Positions 5,419 to 7,760 of a stretch of 7,760 nucleotides of DNA are shown one piece after another. The stretch is from Candidatus Odinarchaeota archaeon (GTDB lineage: Archaea > Asgardarchaeota > Odinarchaeia > Odinarchaeales > Odinarchaeaceae), in assembly GCA_038826135.1 (NCBI GenBank), contig JAWBON010000054.1:1-7760 (forward strand), given 5' to 3'. The position numbers were made by a program, and so were the translations under genes. Position 1 is the stretch's first letter, and every line of letters starts with the position of its first letter. The notes under the pieces are model-generated. The model did no database searches. It was not told the DNA's origin and was given only the letters and a program-made list of their open reading frames with translations.

Positions 5419-5673
5419 GTGAAGAGGAGACTGAGATTGTTTAAAAGAAGTAAGTCCCCCAAGGAAGGGTATACGCTAACTAGGCTGTGCCCTGTATGCG
5501 GTTCTGATAAGCTTCGCGAGTTTAACGCATTATCCGGCTGGTACACTCAGCTTCAATATATTTGCGAGGAGTGCGGGTACTCTGGGACATTGTATTTGGA
5601 GGTTGAGGTTAAAAAATCTGATTTAAACAGTTCCGGGAATTCTAAGCCTGCCCGCCGCGAAGATAATTTATGA
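5419..5673 (+). CDS. Small archaeal zinc-ribbon protein of unknown function (CPxCGS...GW...YxCxxCGYxG)
   Basis: CPVCGSDKLREFNALSGWYTQLQYICEECGYSGTLYLE. The start is GTG 5419, or more likely TTG 5437 (GAGGAG at 5424-5429, 7 nt upstream). Begins 9 nt after the aIF1 stop. Confidence 0.75.
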   Translation: MKRRLRLFKRSKSPKEGYTLTRLCPVCGSDKLREFNALSGWYTQLQYICEECGYSGTLYLEVEVKKSDLNSSGNSKPARREDNL

Positions 5674-6586
5674 ATCTTTTAATCCCGTCTGAAATATTTA
5701 TTTTAGGCTGCCATCCGAGATTTTTTATTTTTTTAATGTCGAGAATCATTCTAGGAACATCACCTACCCAACCTCTTTTTCCACCTGTGAAAGAATATTT
5801 AACGTTTTTCAACTCGAGAATGCTGGTTATTATGTCCGCAATCTCCTTTACGGTTATCCACTCCTCTGAACCGATATTAAAGAAATCGAATCCTCTAATA
5901 TCCCGCTCTTCTAAAAAGAGCGTTGCATCAACGCAGTCATCGATATATAAGTATGATTTTCTCTGGCTTCCATCTCCCAGTATTGTAAGCTCCCGTGGGT
6001 TTTTAACAAGCTTATTATAGAAATCATATATTACACCGTGGGTTGATCTCGGTCCGAAAATATTTGCGTATCTGCAGGAAATTATATTCAACCCGTATGA
6101 TTGAGCGTATGCTGAGCAATACATTTCACAGCTAGCTTTTGAAGCACCGTAGCAGCTTACAGGTTTAAGTAGACTGGTCTCCGGTGTTGGTAGAATATCA
6201 GTATCCCCGTATAGGGTGCCTCCTGAACTTGCGAAAATAATTTTTCTGATATTTCTCCTTCTAGCAGCTTCAAGAATATTCAATGTTCCTAAAGTGTTTA
6301 TCATAAAATTTTCAACAGGGTTCTCAGCGCTAACGTCTACACGCGGGTCAGCTGCTAAATGAAATATTTCATCAATACCTTGAGAGGCGTTTAAAACAGT
6401 TTTAATATCTCTTATATCCCCTTCTATGAAGTTTACTGATTTTTTTTCAGTAAGATGTTTGTAATAGTCTCCGGCTGGGGATGAAAGATTGTCTAAAATA
6501 ATTATTTTATCCCCTCTCTTGATTAAACGGTCTACTATGTGGCTGCCTATGAAGCCAGCTCCGCCTGTTACTAGAATTTTACGCAT
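5642..6586 (-). CDS. NAD-dependent nucleotide-sugar epimerase/dehydratase (extended SDR, UDP-glucose 4-epimerase-like)
   Basis: GGAGFIGSH Rossmann motif, HLAADP, YGASK catalytic YxxxK, RYANIFGPR and GDGSQRKSYLYIDD. The likely start is the ATG at 6586, 8 nt after AGGTGA (6600-6595), which includes the map stop; the in-frame GTG at 6598 is an alternative. Substrate specificity cannot be determined. Confidence 0.92.
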   Translation of the reverse strand: MRKILVTGGAGFIGSHIVDRLIKRGDKIIILDNLSSPAGDYYKHLTEKKSVNFIEGDIRDIKTVLNASQGIDEIFHLAADPRVDVSAENPVENFMINTLGTLNILEAARRRNIRKIIFASSGGTLYGDTDILPTPETSLLKPVSCYGASKASCEMYCSAYAQSYGLNIISCRYANIFGPRSTHGVIYDFYNKLVKNPRELTILGDGSQRKSYLYIDDCVDATLFLEERDIRGFDFFNIGSEEWITVKEIADIITSILELKNVKYSFTGGKRGWVGDVPRMILDIKKIKNLGWQPKINISDGIKRFINYLRGGQA

Positions 6587-6594
6587 AAATAATT

Positions 6595-7530
6595 TCACCT
6601 TGTAGTAACTTCACAGCCGTCATGTGTGACGATCAATGTATGCTCTGCCTGAGATACATAGCTTCCTTTGATATCGGCTAAAACATGGTATTGGTGGAGT
6701 AATCCGCTGTTAACAAGCTCTCTGAAAGCGAGTTTAATCGACCCTAATGGGATGTCTTTTAAAAGCCATCTTTGAGCGAACGGCAAGGTTTTAAACTCTT
6801 CAACTATTTTTTTCAAAGTATTTCTCGCTAATTGTGAGCGTAAGGGTGCTCGGAAAGGGATAAAACTGTAAATGTAAACATAAGGTGTTTCATGAGCGTA
6901 TCCTTGACCTGTTGTCGCGAATGTTTCAACAGCATAAACTTCCCCCTCCAATATTTCTTTTCCGAAAGGAATCTTTATGTTAGGGATGTTTTTAGCACCG
7001 TGTAAATCATATTGACCGAGTATGTGGCCTGAAAGATCTCTTACTGGTCTGTAACCGTATTTTTTAATAGTGTCCTCTATTACTCTACCTATTTCATTGG
7101 TTTTAGCTTTCGGTTTAATCGCCTCAATAGCCTTGTTTAACGCCTCCTCTGAAGCTTCAACTAATCTATTATAATCTCGGTTAAACGATATTGTAAAAGC
7201 CCCGTCGGCGATGTACCCGTCTACGTGGACACCGAAGTCTATTTTTACAACATCTCCCTCACCTATGACTGTTTCATCCCCGGGTGGAGATGTGTAATGC
7301 GCTGCAAGATTGTTTATAGATATGTTAGTTGGGAAAGCCCATTTACCCCCTAACTCTGATATCTTTTTTTCAATCATTTCACATAGGTCAATTAGCTTAG
7401 CGCCAACTTTTATATTCGGTTTTATATAATCGACTACCTCGCGATGTATACTACCCGCTTTCTTATATTTCTCTAATTCCTCCTGCTTGGAGATTTTTTC
7501 ACCTGTTTCAACTCGGCTCAAATCCTTCAC
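6595..7530 (-). CDS. map: Methionine aminopeptidase, type II
   Basis: Reads on the MINUS strand (GTG AAG GAT TTG from 7530; TGA 6597-6595). Motifs FPTNISINNLAAHY, KIDFGVHVDGYIADGAFT, LSGH, AVETFAT and QAEHT, plus the helical insert typical of type II. TTG 7521 is an alternative start, after AGGTGA. Confidence 0.96.
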   Translation of the reverse strand: MKDLSRVETGEKISKQEELEKYKKAGSIHREVVDYIKPNIKVGAKLIDLCEMIEKKISELGGKWAFPTNISINNLAAHYTSPPGDETVIGEGDVVKIDFGVHVDGYIADGAFTISFNRDYNRLVEASEEALNKAIEAIKPKAKTNEIGRVIEDTIKKYGYRPVRDLSGHILGQYDLHGAKNIPNIKIPFGKEILEGEVYAVETFATTGQGYAHETPYVYIYSFIPFRAPLRSQLARNTLKKIVEEFKTLPFAQRWLLKDIPLGSIKLAFRELVNSGLLHQYHVLADIKGSYVSQAEHTLIVTHDGCEVTTR

Positions 7531-7559
7531 CTTTCAAAGAGCGTGATTAATAAATATTT

Positions 7560-7578
7560 TATAGATTCCTAATCTATA
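7560..7578. promoter_or_regulatory. Palindrome TATAGATT-CCT-AATCTATA overlapping the putative map promoter
   Basis: 8-bp arms with a 3-nt spacer. Overlaps the minus-strand TATAAAAT at 7563-7556, about 26-33 nt upstream of the map start. Confidence 0.4.
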
Positions 7579-7640
7579 GGACTTATAAATAATTGGATAA
7601 TAAATATTAAGTATAAGCATCCTTACATTCAATAAATATT

Positions 7641-7654
7641 AAACAATATTGTTT
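7641..7654. promoter_or_regulatory. Perfect 14-bp palindrome AAACAATATTGTTT in the AT-rich region upstream of map
   Basis: Read directly; function unknown. AT-rich, so chance occurrence is possible. Confidence 0.3.
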
Positions 7655-7730
7655 TAAACTGAATAAACATGAAATTATTTATTTAAAATGTTTGAAAGTT
7701 TAATATTCACAATACAGGCGTGATGGGAAA

Positions 7731-7760
7731 TTGGCTGTTAACCGTATTCCTCAAATAGAA
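7731..7760 (+). CDS. Possible 5' end of a next gene, divergent from map (truncated)
   Basis: TTG GCT GTT AAC CGT ATT CCT CAA ATA GAA is open to the window end. GTGAT at 7720-7724 and GAAAG-TTTAATA at 7694-7705 lie upstream. Only 10 codons are visible. Confidence 0.25.
   Translation, partial: MAVNRIPQIE

Noticed and set aside
5670-6020. 116-aa plus-strand ORF
   Set aside because: Shadow of the epimerase. Its ATG overlaps the zinc-ribbon stop (ATGA), but the composition is antisense-like and it has no motifs.
2845-7710. Shared words between the two AT-rich spacers (TGAATAAACA at 2845 and 7660; TTAATATTCAC at 2918 and 7700; AAACAATRTTG) as a common regulon motif
   Set aside because: A few 10-11-bp matches are expected by chance between two roughly 230-bp, very AT-rich regions, and their order and spacing are not conserved.
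7723-7758. ATG-initiated 11-codon ORF
   Set aside because: Closed by TAG within the window and too short to support; the TTG 7731 frame is the better candidate.

Overview
Archaeal, AT-rich window, most likely from an Asgard archaeon. This is an inference from a Rab/Ras-like small GTPase occurring alongside PolB1-type polymerase, Rpo12, aIF1 and type II MetAP. Gene order: 3' end of polB (+); TrmB-family regulator (+) tightly coupled to a Rab-like GTPase (+); an unannotated 51-aa, 8-Cys microprotein (-); an unknown protein with a [WFY]CCxxxKPC (methanogenesis-marker-9-like) motif and a C-terminal zinc ribbon (+); an AT-rich spacer with a perfect 18-bp inverted repeat; beta-carbonic anhydrase (+); a glycoside-hydrolase-like TIM barrel apparently lacking the usual acidic residues (-); unannotated RNA polymerase subunit P/Rpo12 (-); aIF1/SUI1 (+); a small zinc-ribbon protein (+); an NAD-dependent sugar epimerase (-); and methionine aminopeptidase II (-). 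The ORF track has two strand errors (3559..4569 and 6595..7530 are on the minus strand) and misses two real small genes (1717..1872 and 4752..4895). I saw no rRNA, tRNA, CRISPR array or transposase. All family assignments come from motif recognition by eye, not from database searches.
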